Shown here: in pieces, positions 32,710 through 45,025 of the stretch
Numbering within the stretch: the stretch's first letter is position 1
Layout of the letters: every line of letters starts with the position of its first letter
Assembly (NCBI GenBank): GCA_030704615.1
Contig: CM060731.1
Span: forward strand, 47,926,001-47,990,000
Length of the DNA stretch: 64,000 bases
Reading direction: 5' to 3'
Source: Takakia lepidozioides
Taxonomy: Eukaryota; Plantae; Bryophyta
Translations under genes and position numbers: made by a program
Notes under the pieces: generated by a model
The model's database searches: none
What the model was told of the DNA's origin: nothing
What the model saw: the letters and a program-made list of their open reading frames with translations, nothing else

Positions 32710-35523
32710 GGGAGAAACGTGTCTAAGCATTTTGAAGAAGCGGCATAAGTTGGCAGGTACATCGCCGAAGGAGGCCTCACAGGCACACGAAAAAGATGGA
32801 GTTCCTCAGAAGATGGGAAAAAGCCTGTAGATCCAGACAATGATGGCTTTTCTTATGCAGCCCCTGTGGAAGTTTCATACAAGGGGTTTCTAACACAGAT
32901 GCGCCGGCGCTACAACCTAAGGCTTATCCGGAAACTGAAGCTGGAAGGAGTAAGTGCTTTAGGGCCCGGGGCTACTGAGACTGATGTAACCCGCGTCATA
33001 GAAAGGTAAGTGTTCCTGTTGTTGAATTGTCTGAATGTAAGTTGTTTGTCTATAACTTAGAAGGAAAGCCACTTTATGTTGTATTTTGTGTTGGTATAGT
33101 AGTCAATTCTGAACAATTAGCTTCTCAAAGAACCATCTCATCCTATGTCCGGCTGGGAATCAACAGCTGGAAGCTCAACTCCATTTTTTCCAATTTCCAG
33201 ATTGGTCAGAGAGACACTAGGGGACTCAAGCTTTCAAGTGAAGAAGCCGAAGGCAGCCAGCAAAATGCTTGTATCAGAACTAAAGGAGGAGTTGGATGCA
33301 CAAGGACTTCCCATAGAAGGCACCCGCCCAGTGTTGTATCAGCGTGTACAAAAAGCACGCCGAATCAATCGAGCTCGAGGCCGGCCCCTCTGGGTCCCTA
33401 TGTCGGAGGAAGAGGCTGAAGAAGTGGGTCCTTCCCCATGATGTTGCAGCTCTCTTTCTGTCTCTGACTCTCCCTCCTTCCCTGTCGCCATTCTGTCTCC
33501 ATACTGTCATGCATGTAACCAGGATAAATCAACCTCTTACACACTTATATTGGGCGGTGATGAGGTAGGGGTAGGGGTAAGAGGTTACCAACCCATAACC
33601 ACTACTCTCACACAGGGAATTATTGACATAGAAGCAATGGAGAGATGGGTAAGAGGTTGATTTACCTCTTACCCCTACCCCGATCTCCATTGCTTCTATG
33701 TCAATAATTCCCTGTGCGAGAGTAGTGGTTATGGGTTGGTTGTGGGTATGACACCACATCATTGGACCAAGACAGACACATGCCAGACTTCGATTTTATA
33801 CAACCTTGTCTATGTCAGTGATGTTATGGCAATGGCACTGCATGACTTTTTATGTGCTTAGGGGCCCATCCCTATAATCTGTGGATTGGTGGTGATGGTG
33901 ATCCTGGATTACTGGTCCATCAAATATGCATGCTCATGAGGCTGGTTGATGCATTATATATCTACGTTACACACACAGTGTTCTATTCATTTTAGCTTTT
34001 CTTTGCACAGAGGAACGATGAGGAGCTTGATGTGTTCATGGGGAGACTGAACCTGAAGAATGAGAACACAGAGTTCTGGAGAAAGAGGTTCACTGGGGAG
34101 GATTTGAGCAAAGACCAAGACGATGAAGTTGCACTTGCACGGGATGCTCTGGATGCTGATGGTGATGATACTTTCCTGGATGACGACGATGATGAAGATG
34201 AGGAGGATGTGGAGGTGGAAGATGAGGGAGAGGATATGGTGGAAGATGGAGGCGAGGTAGAGGAGAAGGAGCCTCCTGAGATGCTGGCTATGCAGCTCTT
34301 GAAGAACAAGGCGGATATGCCAGAGGAAAAGGTGCACACCAGACTGACACATTGGACTGTGAATCCTAGTTTTCAATACACTCATATTTGTGTGCTTCTC
34401 TTTAAGTGAGAGATGATGGAGTCACTTGTCAAGTCAGTATCTCCTGTTTTTTCACTCAGCTAATTTTGTGGGTTAGAAGCACCCAAATTTTGGCACAGAT
34501 CCCTGCTTGCTTGCTATCATATGTATTAAACTAATGTAGGAAATTGGATCGATGTTTTCATTTCACACTACTGATAGGTGCCTGGTTGTAGCAGGTTGAA
34601 AAGGAGCTTGAGAGGAGGGAGGGAGAGTGGTTGGGGCTGACACTGGAAGAGAAGTTAGCGTTCCTAAGGGAAGAAAAGCGACTTGATGTCTCAGAGCTCT
34701 ACACCATAGCTGATGTATGGGGTTGGACATGGGAACGCGAATTGCGGGAGCGAGAGCCTGAGATGTGGTCCCAGGAGAAGGAGGTGCAGCTGGGCATTGA
34801 CATCATGCACAAGGTACATAGCTCTTCCTTTGTCTCCCACATGTAACATGATGCTTATTAGAATAGTTTTTAATGAAGCCATTAAATGAGCACATCCCTG
34901 GAGCTGATTGTCATTGGCTCTGTGTCGGGACTATTCCAATCTCATGCTTGAATTAAAAGCTTGACAACCGTCCCCGGGAGGTTGGTTGTCACAAGGAGCA
35001 TCAATAGCAATCAATATTCATTTTCCTGTCATTTTGAAGTAAAACTACGGCTGAGCAGGTGCAAGCGTTGGGAGGAGTTCCAACAATAGCAGACTGTGCA
35101 ATACTTATCCGTGCAGCCATGCGCACTCCATGGCCAGAAGCCATGATCTCTCTTCTTCAAGACTCCCACAAGCTTGGTTACGTCTTCGGAAGGTAATGTT
35201 GTTTGTTATCTTGTTTGTAATCTTGTAATCTCAGGCTATATCATAGCTTTATAGCTGAAACCTTTGAAGTTCTTCCTGCTTCCAATTTCCTTCTAGTACA
35301 GGGCAGATGGCCTCATTCTTTCAATGTGTTGACCAGGTGGCATGGTCTGTGTGTGTATGTGTGCAGCAAACTCTATACCCAGGCAGTTTCACTGTGCCTG
35401 TCGTTGGGTGAGAAAGATGCGGCAATTAACATCATCACAGACATGGAGGAGGCTGGGGTGGCGGCCCCTGAAGATCTTCTCACAGAAGTCCTTCAAGAAA
35501 CCCAGGATGAAGAGCTTAGATAG
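27835..35523 (+). CDS. PTAC3: Plastid transcriptionally active chromosome protein 3 (pTAC3/PAP1; PPR-like repeats plus SAP domain), 14 exons
   Basis: MERAR..., GPRAYHGLVV, RGEEILAAMEKL, FLKGARGGLRAT, MKPDTESYNW, RTLVSSWIEP, KPKAASKMLVSELKEELDAQGLPIEGTR..LYQRVQKARRINRARGRPLWVP. GT-AG exons: 27835-28806, 29024-29195, 29387-29604, 29905-29965, 30105-30177, 30422-30499, 31317-31480, 31920-32088, 32757-33005, 33201-33423, 34011-34331, 34595-34813, 35059-35192, 35367-35523. Confidence 0.93.
32679..32706. repeat. (GA)14 microsatellite in a pTAC3 intron
   Basis: Direct reading. Confidence 0.95.
33587..33740. repeat. Long inverted repeat (57-bp arms) in pTAC3 intron 10
   Basis: 33587-33643 pairs with 33684-33740 with one mismatch; inner GGGTAAGAGGT/ACCTCTTACCC stem. 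Confidence 0.9.
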
Positions 35524-37290
35524 GGTTAACTTTGGTTTCTGGCTCATGATCAATTGTGCAATCGGAAAATGTAAAAGGTTTCTTGTGTTAAGAACACCTG
35601 AAGAGAGTTGCTTGGCATGTTCAGAGTTGTCTAGGTCACATTTCCTTTGACTTTTAGAAAGATACTTGAGTCTGTGTGTACCACCCCATATGAGAACGAT
35701 GTCTAGTCAGATAACTGAAGGGGGGTATCCATATGTGTAAAAAATGTAGCATAGCAGCACAACAAAATTTTGTTGTCAGTTGGATGGTGTTGGAGTTCAA
35801 AGCTGCAATGTAACTGTGAACGACCAGGTTGTTCTGATTACATACTCTACTTCCATAGCGAAATTATCAAGAACACAAATTCATAGATGATGGGGATTGC
35901 TTTGACTGGAGAAAATGTGGTTCTAATCTATTGCCACTGCTACAGACCCATCCACAAACAACACATATCTTGGCAGTTGAGAGAAATATTGGTAAAGAAC
36001 TCCTGTCACTTAAAATGGCATGTGTGATTTCATTGGTGGTAGTTGTGCTCTCGGATTGACATGCACCTTCCTGAATAGTTTGTAGGCAAACCAGTCTTCC
36101 GTTGAGAGACTCCTGCAAGCTAAAGCAAGGGAATGAAAGTGGCCTAACTAAGCACTTTCCACATTTTATGGGCGATGCTGAGCATAGTCTCTGGACTTCG
36201 GAGAGTCAAGATCTTAGCAAGACTAGCAGGGTTTATAAGATTCTCCAGCTCTCAGGAATTATCTTCCAGTACTATGTGTATATTTCTTCAAGCATAGCCC
36301 CATACTGCTACAGTTCTTGGGATGTTCCTTTTCCCTTGCAACAATTTTAGTTCTAGCTTGTCTTGAGGAAGGGATCATGTGATGCGAACTTCGGTATATG
36401 AGAGCTGCCATTGAGTAGAACTGTCTATATTGTACTGTCTGGAGTCTGCGGATTTTCTTGTCTAGACCAAATCAATTTCGATGATCATGTTGCCTGTGTA
36501 AACTGTGTCACCAGACTGAAGGTGTTTCAGTTGGGGAGGGGTGGCGGCCCATATAGGAAGCACTACATTGCGGACATTCCGGGATACATTGCAATATGGG
36601 GAATCTGAATAAGGCCAGGAACAACTGGAAACTGTGGAATTTCCCCAAGATACGTTCACATTTAACACACAAAAATTGCAGGGACCCAAAAGTGATCTCG
36701 AAACACTGCTTGTTTACCAAGTATAATGACCAGTGACCCACAAAGGACACCAGTTTAGCTTTTGGCATGTCTCTACAGGGACTGTGAGCCTCTTTATGAG
36801 TTCCGAACCACCGCACTACACTCAAAAATCATGGACATAAATTGGTTCTTTCTGGAAATAAAGCAGCCAACCAGCCATGTACTATGGAGAGACAAATCTT
36901 GCCACTGTAGCTTCTCATTTGCAGGAGCATCATAAACAAACTTTCAGCTGAAGCTTAGTTTTTGTCACAGAAGTATATGCTTCCACCAAATACAACTCAA
37001 AACATATACAACCAAAGCACTGTCCTATTTCAGTTTCAGAAGGCCTATGATCCTACTTGCTCAATGATGTAAGAAGATTCCCTCCTGCCGGATGCAAAAA
37101 AATGCTGAGGACCCCCCTCATTGGGCAGTCCAACGAAACATGTACAAAGTGTACAAATCAAGAACTCCAACCTGCCACTAGACCTCCTTTCCCCCAATTT
37201 CTCCTCTTAATTGTATCCACTTAACAGCAATCGGTAGCATCCTTGGCAACTGTGCTCTTAATATAACCTTGTCAGTGACAAACAAGTCAT

Positions 37291-40200
37291 TCAGCAGAGC
37301 TCAGTATCCAGGTACACACAGATGCCCATGCTTAAGAGTTCCTGCCAAAGCAATTTGCACGCATAGGGGATTTGAATTTGCACAATGTGCTTGCCACTTT
37401 TGCAAAAGCGGCACTTCGGTGTGCGTGTCGTATCCATGCTGGCTGGCAGCCGGCACTTCGAACATATGTTCAACTTATATGGATCGCTAACAAGGAAGTA
37501 GCGTTCTTGCAGGGTAGCTGAAGCTCCATGCCCAAGCATGCAATCGCGCTCCATCTCCCCAAACTTGACCCCCCCAAGACTGTTACGATCCTTGATAGGT
37601 TGCCGGGTGAGGAGATTCACTGGCCCACCACAACCACGGTACTTGATTTTATCTTCGACCATGTGATCTAGGCGTTGATAAAATGTCGGTCCTATCGTTA
37701 TTTGCGCCTTGAGGTGCATGCCAGTGGTACCATTAGACATGCGCTCACACCCTCCTCTAGTAAAATGACACCTGATAGGATGCCAACAATCCAAGCATAG
37801 AAATCATATCAGTTCTCCTAAACTGCAGCTGCAAAGATAACGTCTTCCCTACCTGTACCTTCAATCTGGCTTAAATTATATTTGGGATGATTGACTACAG
37901 TTTACATACATTTTCCCAAGGTGCACCTAGTAAACAATACTCATTAGTACTACACCACAAAGGTTTGGAATCATCTTCCTTGTTTGAGCACTTACTGGTG
38001 AAGCTGTTCACTTATGGTCTCTGCAGTCTCTTCCCTGCTGAAAGGAGTGGCATTGTGGCGTGTGCCAGTGGAAGCGACCACCTTGCCAAGCAGGCACTCA
38101 AGAACCTGGCCAACTGTCTGGCGGCTAGGTAGTGCATGTGGATTGATGATGATATCCGGCACAATACCCTGACAGTTGAAGGGCAAGTCCTCTTGGCTAA
38201 AGATTCCTCCCACCACACCCTTCTGACCATGCATGCTGGAGAACTTGTCACCAGCTTGTGGGGCACGTGCAAACCGTCGGCGAACCTTCGCAATGCGGTG
38301 CCCGTCCTCCTCACTGGTCAGAAGGACCTGATCGACCCGCCCCTTTTGATGAGTTTTCAAGCGGAGGCTTGAGTCCACAAGCCTTGGGTTCCCTTGCTCA
38401 GCTGTTAACTTACCAATCACTATGTCCCCCTTGGTCAGCCAAGCTCCAACATAAGGGAAGCCATCTTCGTCGACCTTTTCAAGTGCACGGTTGAACCAAC
38501 CTCGTTCATCTGAAATACTTGGCTTTTTAAAGTTTTCCTCCACATGGAATCTCTCCTCACCTCGATGAATTTTGAAGTGCAAGGACCTGCAATAATGGAG
38601 GTTGTTAGAACAATGGAACACAAAATTAACAATCCAAGTCTTACAACAGTAAGCGCAATCACACATAGTTGCTGACCATTGCAGATGCATATCAGCACTA
38701 AAGACAAGCAGGTGAAACAAGATGTTCAGAGTGAATGCTCACTGGATTCACCAATTAGTCAACAGCAAATCTAAGCAGAGACATTTTGTATTTGTGCCCA
38801 AACCAATCCACAAACCTGAAGAGGCCTCGCTCAATGGAGGCCTGGTTCATAACAATGGAGTCCTCCTGATTGTAGGCGTAGCATTGTATTGCTACTATCG
38901 CAACTTGACCATTAGTAAGCTCTGGCTTATCAAGTATCTCTGCAGCCCGTGTGGTGACAAGAGGCTTCTGTGGATAGAACAGCTGGTGTGCTGAGGAGTC
39001 CAATCGTGACCACAAATTGGTGGAGTAGAAACCAATGGCCTGTTTGCAATGTTTATCAGCCTGATAAAGGTTTCTCGATGCCTGGTTGTGTTCTAGGAAG
39101 GGTATCATCGTGGCACCAAGCCCAAACAGATAGGATGTGTGGACTTCTGAATGTGTGTAAGTGGAAGCATATTCACTCTCTCGCCCCTTTGTTAACTCAT
39201 CTGGACCAGATGCAATCAAGGCACCTTCCTCCTCCTCTATGCCCAGCAGCTCCACCACCCCCTCCTCCAGCAAATAAGACCAGCATGTCAGAGCATCTTT
39301 TTGCCTCATCAAGTCTTTCAACTTCCGTAAGTGGCGTTTGGCAAGGACCAGATGCTGGTCTTTGACAACTAGCAGCGGTCGCAAAATACGGCCAGCGTCC
39401 GTGTAAATACGGACTTCCTTCCGCTTCCAATCCCTCACTATTTCCACCTGCCTCACAGATTTGACGATCAGCTAAGGCCTAGCATCGACTTACAAGCAGT
39501 GGTAAGCAGTAAACTATGGAATATAAACAGCAAATGGCGCATTTGTGTAGCAGACAGTAGTGAAAGGGTAACACATTACCTCCCCATGGAGGCATTGTGA
39601 GCGTCGCAGCTGCCTCAACTGGGTTACAATGTCTACAGCCATTTCAGAGCTGTCCAAGATACCCACCCATATCCCATTTACGAACACTTTCTCAGCCTGT
39701 GGCAAGGTGGATGGCACAATCTCCTCCAGATTTTGCATTCCAAATTCAGACAGATTCTGTAGCACGTAGTCTGCAGCGCAGTCAGAGCTGATAATGCCTG
39801 TCAGAGCTATGTTCTTCACCAGCCCACAATCTACTCCATCGGAGGTCTGTACTGGGCAGATTCTTCCCCAGTAAGAGAAGTTCCTGCACCCTCTCATACA
39901 CCCACACCTTTTGAATCAAAAACTCCCACCAAACCTCTGTGACTCCAAATGATATTTTTCATGTAAGAATGCAAATGTACACTACCAAGTGTCTTGTGCT
40001 ATCTCAAACCTCTACATGTAGCGAACTTTGAATCTGTTACGGATCACGATCACAAAGTCACAAGGTGTTCTCAAACTATGACAGCATTGCCCAATAGCAT
40101 ACCCTGCAAAAAACATCATTACAATTGCAAGCTTTAAGTTGGGTTTTCAAGGGATGAATGGACATACGGATGCCTTGCTGCATCGGAAGGCCTTGAAGGG

Positions 40201-42695
40201 GCCGGCAAGTTGAGGCGGACCTGGCGCAGCTGTGACAAAGTAACCATTGGATTCATTCTTTTCAAGTCTCCCACGACACCAGAACTCCTGAGCCCTTCAC
40301 TTGTATTCCAGTTGCCTGATGTGAAGGCACTTTGAAGATTCATTGTAATGATTCCTTCATTGATGAAATTTTTTATGGGGCCTAACTCCTCATTTCTCCC
40401 CAAGTGCCTCTGCACTCTCTTTTGAATATCGCGCTGAAGGTGGGACATAGCCTTCCGAAACTGATGTCGTAGCAACTGACCCGCACAGTCGAGTCTTTTA
40501 TTTTTGTAGTGATCCTTATCTTCCTCTGGCCGCCTGCCCAAGAATGTCAAACACACCTGATTTACCATGTAGCCCAGAAAGTATGACTTTTGTGTAACTC
40601 CACCTTGCAGGTGTGGAAAAAGCAGCTCCAAAACACTGCTCCCTGCCTCCTCTGGAAGCTCCACATTGTTTCTCACCTTTGCTCCAATGTAAGCCAATGC
40701 CTGGTTTGGGTCATGAACCAGCTTTCCTGTTGTGGTCGTGGCTTCTTCCTGTTTTCTCAGGAAGGCCACCATGCATTCATCAGCCGCTCGGATGGATGGC
40801 CAGATCAGCTCACAAAGCACAGTATCTTCCACATCGTAGCAGACCCTTTCGAGCAGTGCCTTGTCAGAGCACACCCCAAGTGCCCGCATCAGAATAACAA
40901 CAGGAATTGGCTCAACGACACGAGCAAGGTTAACAGTAATGAGGGGCCTGGCAATATTCTTCGATATATTGAGCTTGACTGGCGTCTTGCTCCTTTTGAA
41001 GTCGAAGAAACCTTTGTACGGAGGCGCACATGTCGCCATCCAGGTTTCCGTGGTCTTGCTGAATGTCACATATACCCTCTGGTTGCACCGCTCCTCCTGC
41101 CCAACCAGCACCTGGTGTGAAACCCTTCCCACGACCCATCAGCCGTTGCAGTCTCCAGAATGGCAGAATATAAGGGGTTTATCGAAGGTTGCCCCTTCTT
41201 TGGAGTCCACAACTGCGCACAGCAGTTTCATCGTTAATGCCAACTAAACTGGTATAGCTTGATCAATACCAATCAAATAGCTTGATCGATACTTTCACAT
41301 GTTTGGTGGAAGCCAGGTTCTTACTCTAAACCCTTAACCCTGCCATTGTAGCTTCCACCTGACTTGCCTGACTGCACAACAAGAGCAACCTCTCTAGCAA
41401 CCAGGTGTTTATTGTGTCCACCTGACTTGCCTGACTGCACAACATGAGCAACCTCTCTAGTAACCAGGTGTTTATTGTGTGGCAATTTTGGTTCTTACAT
41501 TCTGCAGACAGCTCGCCTACCTGGTCACAGAGAAAGCACACCTTTAAAAGACAAAAGACAAACAAACATGGCGACATGATTTGACCCAAGTGAGGGCCAC
41601 AGGTCCCAACCTTCTCAGATCCCTTGATAATGAAGTAACCCCCTTTGTCAAAGTAGCAGTCACCCTTGCGAGCCAATTGGGCATCCGTCAGGCCATTGAG
41701 ATGGCAGAAGTGAGATTTCACCATGATAGGAACTTTTCCAATACATACATTATCTGTCATAGTTTGGAGCACCTCTTGCTTGCCGTGTGCTCTGATTATA
41801 TAAACCTGCCAGACACATACACTATCCGTCATGAATATAAAGAGAAAACAACAATAGCTTCACACATGAGCGAGAGGAGAGAAACAACAGCGGGGTGATC
41901 TTCAACCTCCAGGGTGATATTGACATGAATGGGCGCCGAATATGTAAGGTTGCGCAGTCGAGCCTCCAGGGGAAGCAAGACAGAAACTTCCTTCTTGTCA
42001 GCATTCGTGTAGCAAGTAGGTTTGCCCATGGATACCTCCCCATAACGGAGGCGTGCTCTCCTCGGCAGATTGTCAATTCTAATAGCTGCCGGGCTGTGGT
42101 CAGGGGAACAGTTCAGAACGGAGGCTTCACTGAACATGGTTTGCAAATCATGTTCCACAAACTCGTTGAACGAGTGTAGCTGGTGTTCAACCAGGCTACG
42201 GTCTCTGAAGAACACCTTCGCCACACTCCAGCGGGCCTGCTCCTCCTCCTCCCTAGATAGCTCGGTGTCATCATTTTCCCTCCGCTTGTTGAAAGGACTC
42301 GTGTTTCGCGTGGTGTGAGAAACAGTAGCATCCATCTCCATCTTTTCCTCCCTTGGCAGAGAATGCTCCTCAGGTGGCGGAGATCGTTCCCCACTGTTCA
42401 TTGGGCTTCCGCTTGGTGAAATGTTACCACCCATTTTCGTCTTTCCCTCACTAGCCAGAGAACGTCCCTCAGGCAGCGGAGACGCTTCCCGCCTCTTGGA
42501 AGGACTTGTGTTGGGTGGACTAGCATCCACTTCCATCTTTTCCCCACTTGGCAGATTTTCTTGATGGCAGCCTGAACCGGTGCCATTCAATTGCATGCAG
42601 TCCGCCTCACTTCGATCATCCTCATGGTCAATATACAGGGAAGCAATACACACATCTGCAGGCAATTCTGCTACAATATCATCCGGATTTTCCAT
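37291..42695 (-). CDS. NRPD2: RNA polymerase IV/V second-largest subunit, 7 coding exons
   Basis: RPB2-family protein with Pol IV/V-type residues: GDKFSSMHGQKG, PSRQT, YQADKHCKQAIG, YNQEDSIVMN, EDKIKYR, GGVKFGEMERDC. Exons (minus strand): 42695-41907, 41805-41611, 41111-40168, 39883-39580, 39447-38816, 38586-37996, 37771-37291. Start codon assignment is tentative. Confidence 0.9.
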
Positions 42696-45025
42696 GCTGC
42701 TCACAAAAGCACTTGCCAAACTCGTGTCTTGCAATCCAGGAGAACGACACCGATCCCACAGTGCGACACTCGACTAGCTTCTCAATCCCACTTGGAGCAC
42801 TTCCCGAAGCTCACAACAGAAGCTCTTCATAGAATCTCAAGCCAAAATCCACGACAACAAAGCCCCACTTGCTCGATCTCTCCTCTAATCTACCCTGTGT
42901 GCAGACTGGTGAGAAACAGCAAAACGGACTGTTGGGTTCCCTTGGCTGCTGAAATGCGGCCGTTTTCTTACAGTCCTCGAGAGCGTCCTGCGCGCAATCA
43001 TTCTCCCGTCGCACTGCGCAGCCTTCCCATCCTCTTCGCCATGCAAGACACTACACTTTCTCATCCACACACGGCCTGTTTTAGACTTGCATTCTGCATC
43101 CATCTCAAAATTATTCATCTTTATTCGACGGCTTTCATCTGCTCGAAGGGTCACTCATGCCCTGAAGGACCGACGTGTACGTGGATTCGCCGCCGAACAG
43201 CGATGGACGAACGACGTCGTCAGAATCCTATCATGACGGCGTCGTATGCTCTACTTCCCATGATGACTTCTTCCGTATGTATACGCATATTTATATGTAT
43301 GTATCAGAAAGTCTTTGTACCGTATATTTATGCATTATACTGTTGGTAGATTTTGTGGTCGCACTGTTTAGAGGGTTCTTCTTGCGGACCAAAATGCCTC
43401 TCATTTTTGAATAATTGGGAGTTTATGTCGCGCGTGTGGGACAGGAGCGCACGGACGCGGGGTCGCCCTCCCCCGCCCCGCCCACCCCTACCTGCCAGCC
43501 GCGCAGTGCGGTCGGCAGCCCCGCAGCCGCCCAGCCCGCCCCTGGACAACGGGCCCCGCCCGCCCGCCCACGCCGCTGGGTCCGCCCGCCATCGGTCCCC
43601 AGTGGGTCTGCCCTTGCTGGGGTTTGCCCAAGCTCGGTCTGCGCATGTCGTCCGGCAGACCACCCCAGACCGGCACAACAGACCCAGACCTACGTGGCAC
43701 GCATCTGCCCGTCCAGATCCGGTTTTACCCAAACCGTCCGGATTTAGGGCATGCCATGGCACTCGCCGATCTCCTCAAACCCCCTTTGCTCTTTTTTTTT
43801 TTCTCGTGTTGCTTGCTGTTGTTTGTTGTTTGACTATTTAGAACCAACAGACTCGGCGGTTGTGAAGAATCCTTTTGCATGACTCCATGGACTCTCTGGC
43901 AACGTCGGAGTCCATCGTTTCTTTCCATAGCCTCTTTTGTTCATATGCTTCTACTATTTTTGCTTTGTTGTTCACCTATTCGTGGGACTGTTTGAACGCG
44001 GGGAAGTGAGTTACATTGAGGTTACAGTGCAGACTTGAATGGAAGTATTTAAGTCTTTGCTAACAAGTACGACTCATTTAGCGGACAACAATTGAGAATC
44101 GGCATTTCCCTTGTCACACTGTCTTGTTCGAGGCTTGTCCTCCATATAGCATGTGTGGAATGACATTGTGCATGGCTGGCTGTATAAAATTCCGATTTCC
44201 TCCCGAGTTCCGTCTCTTAGATGTTGTTTGCAGGTGGACCCATCGATGCAGGACGAAATGGGCATGTGTGGCGGAATTTTTTGTGCAACGAACCACTGGA
44301 CCTTCCAAATGTTACCATGACAGTGCGAGGATGCAGAGACCCAGCCGGGGACCATTGAAATGGTGAAATGGGTGGGGACACACTGCAGATAGAGGGCAGA
44401 GCAGGAGAAGATAAGAGTGCACCATGCCAGTCCAGACGAGAAGACCGAACCAACAAACCAGCCTGGAGAACTCTGGTCAGACCCCGACGGCAAACCGAGT
44501 GCAGACAATCTTTGCCTCACGAATGCGACAAACCAGTGCCACAGACCCTTTTGGCCGACCCTTTTGGTAGACCATTTTGGCGGACCCTTTTGGTGGAGAC
44601 TTAGGGCAGACCATGGAAGTCATTGGCGGCGGCCATTATTATGCCTCCGGGACGTTTGATGTTTCGACGGCAGTCCAATGGCCGACGTGCATAGCCTCGG
44701 CGGTCGCACGCGTGCTCCTGTCACGCTTAGCAGTGAGCCGTTACGTTGGGGTCCTCGCCTCTTCCTCCTCTTGCGTCTTTTGCGTCTCTCCACTTTGCGA
44801 CTGCATGGTGTGTTGCGCTTCGCGGTTTCTGCCTATTCGACTCGACGATTCGTTTGTAGCGTCCGCCCGCTCTTCAAAGGCCGCGTGCCCGTCGTTGCCG
44901 AAGTGCAAAGGTATCAACTTCACCAGACTTCTTCACTGCCAAACCTTCATTTCCTTTTTTGCTTGCTCTTCTTCATTTGCATTTAGCAGACCGTCTCTGA
45001 CACAATTCCTCCTTAGGTTACAGCC

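Noticed and set aside
37291-42695. Pol II subunit NRPB2
   Set aside because: It has SSMHGQKG, PSRQT and EDKIKYR instead of the Pol II SRHGQKG, PSRMT and DDKIH; few introns.
40590-43349. Plus-strand ORFs overlapping NRPD2 (e.g. 42591-43349)
   Set aside because: Antisense shadows of a conserved gene with no recognisable motifs.
43328-43841. Pro/Arg/Gly-rich ORFs here and at 56256-56632
   Set aside because: By-products of the GC-rich MULE TIRs.
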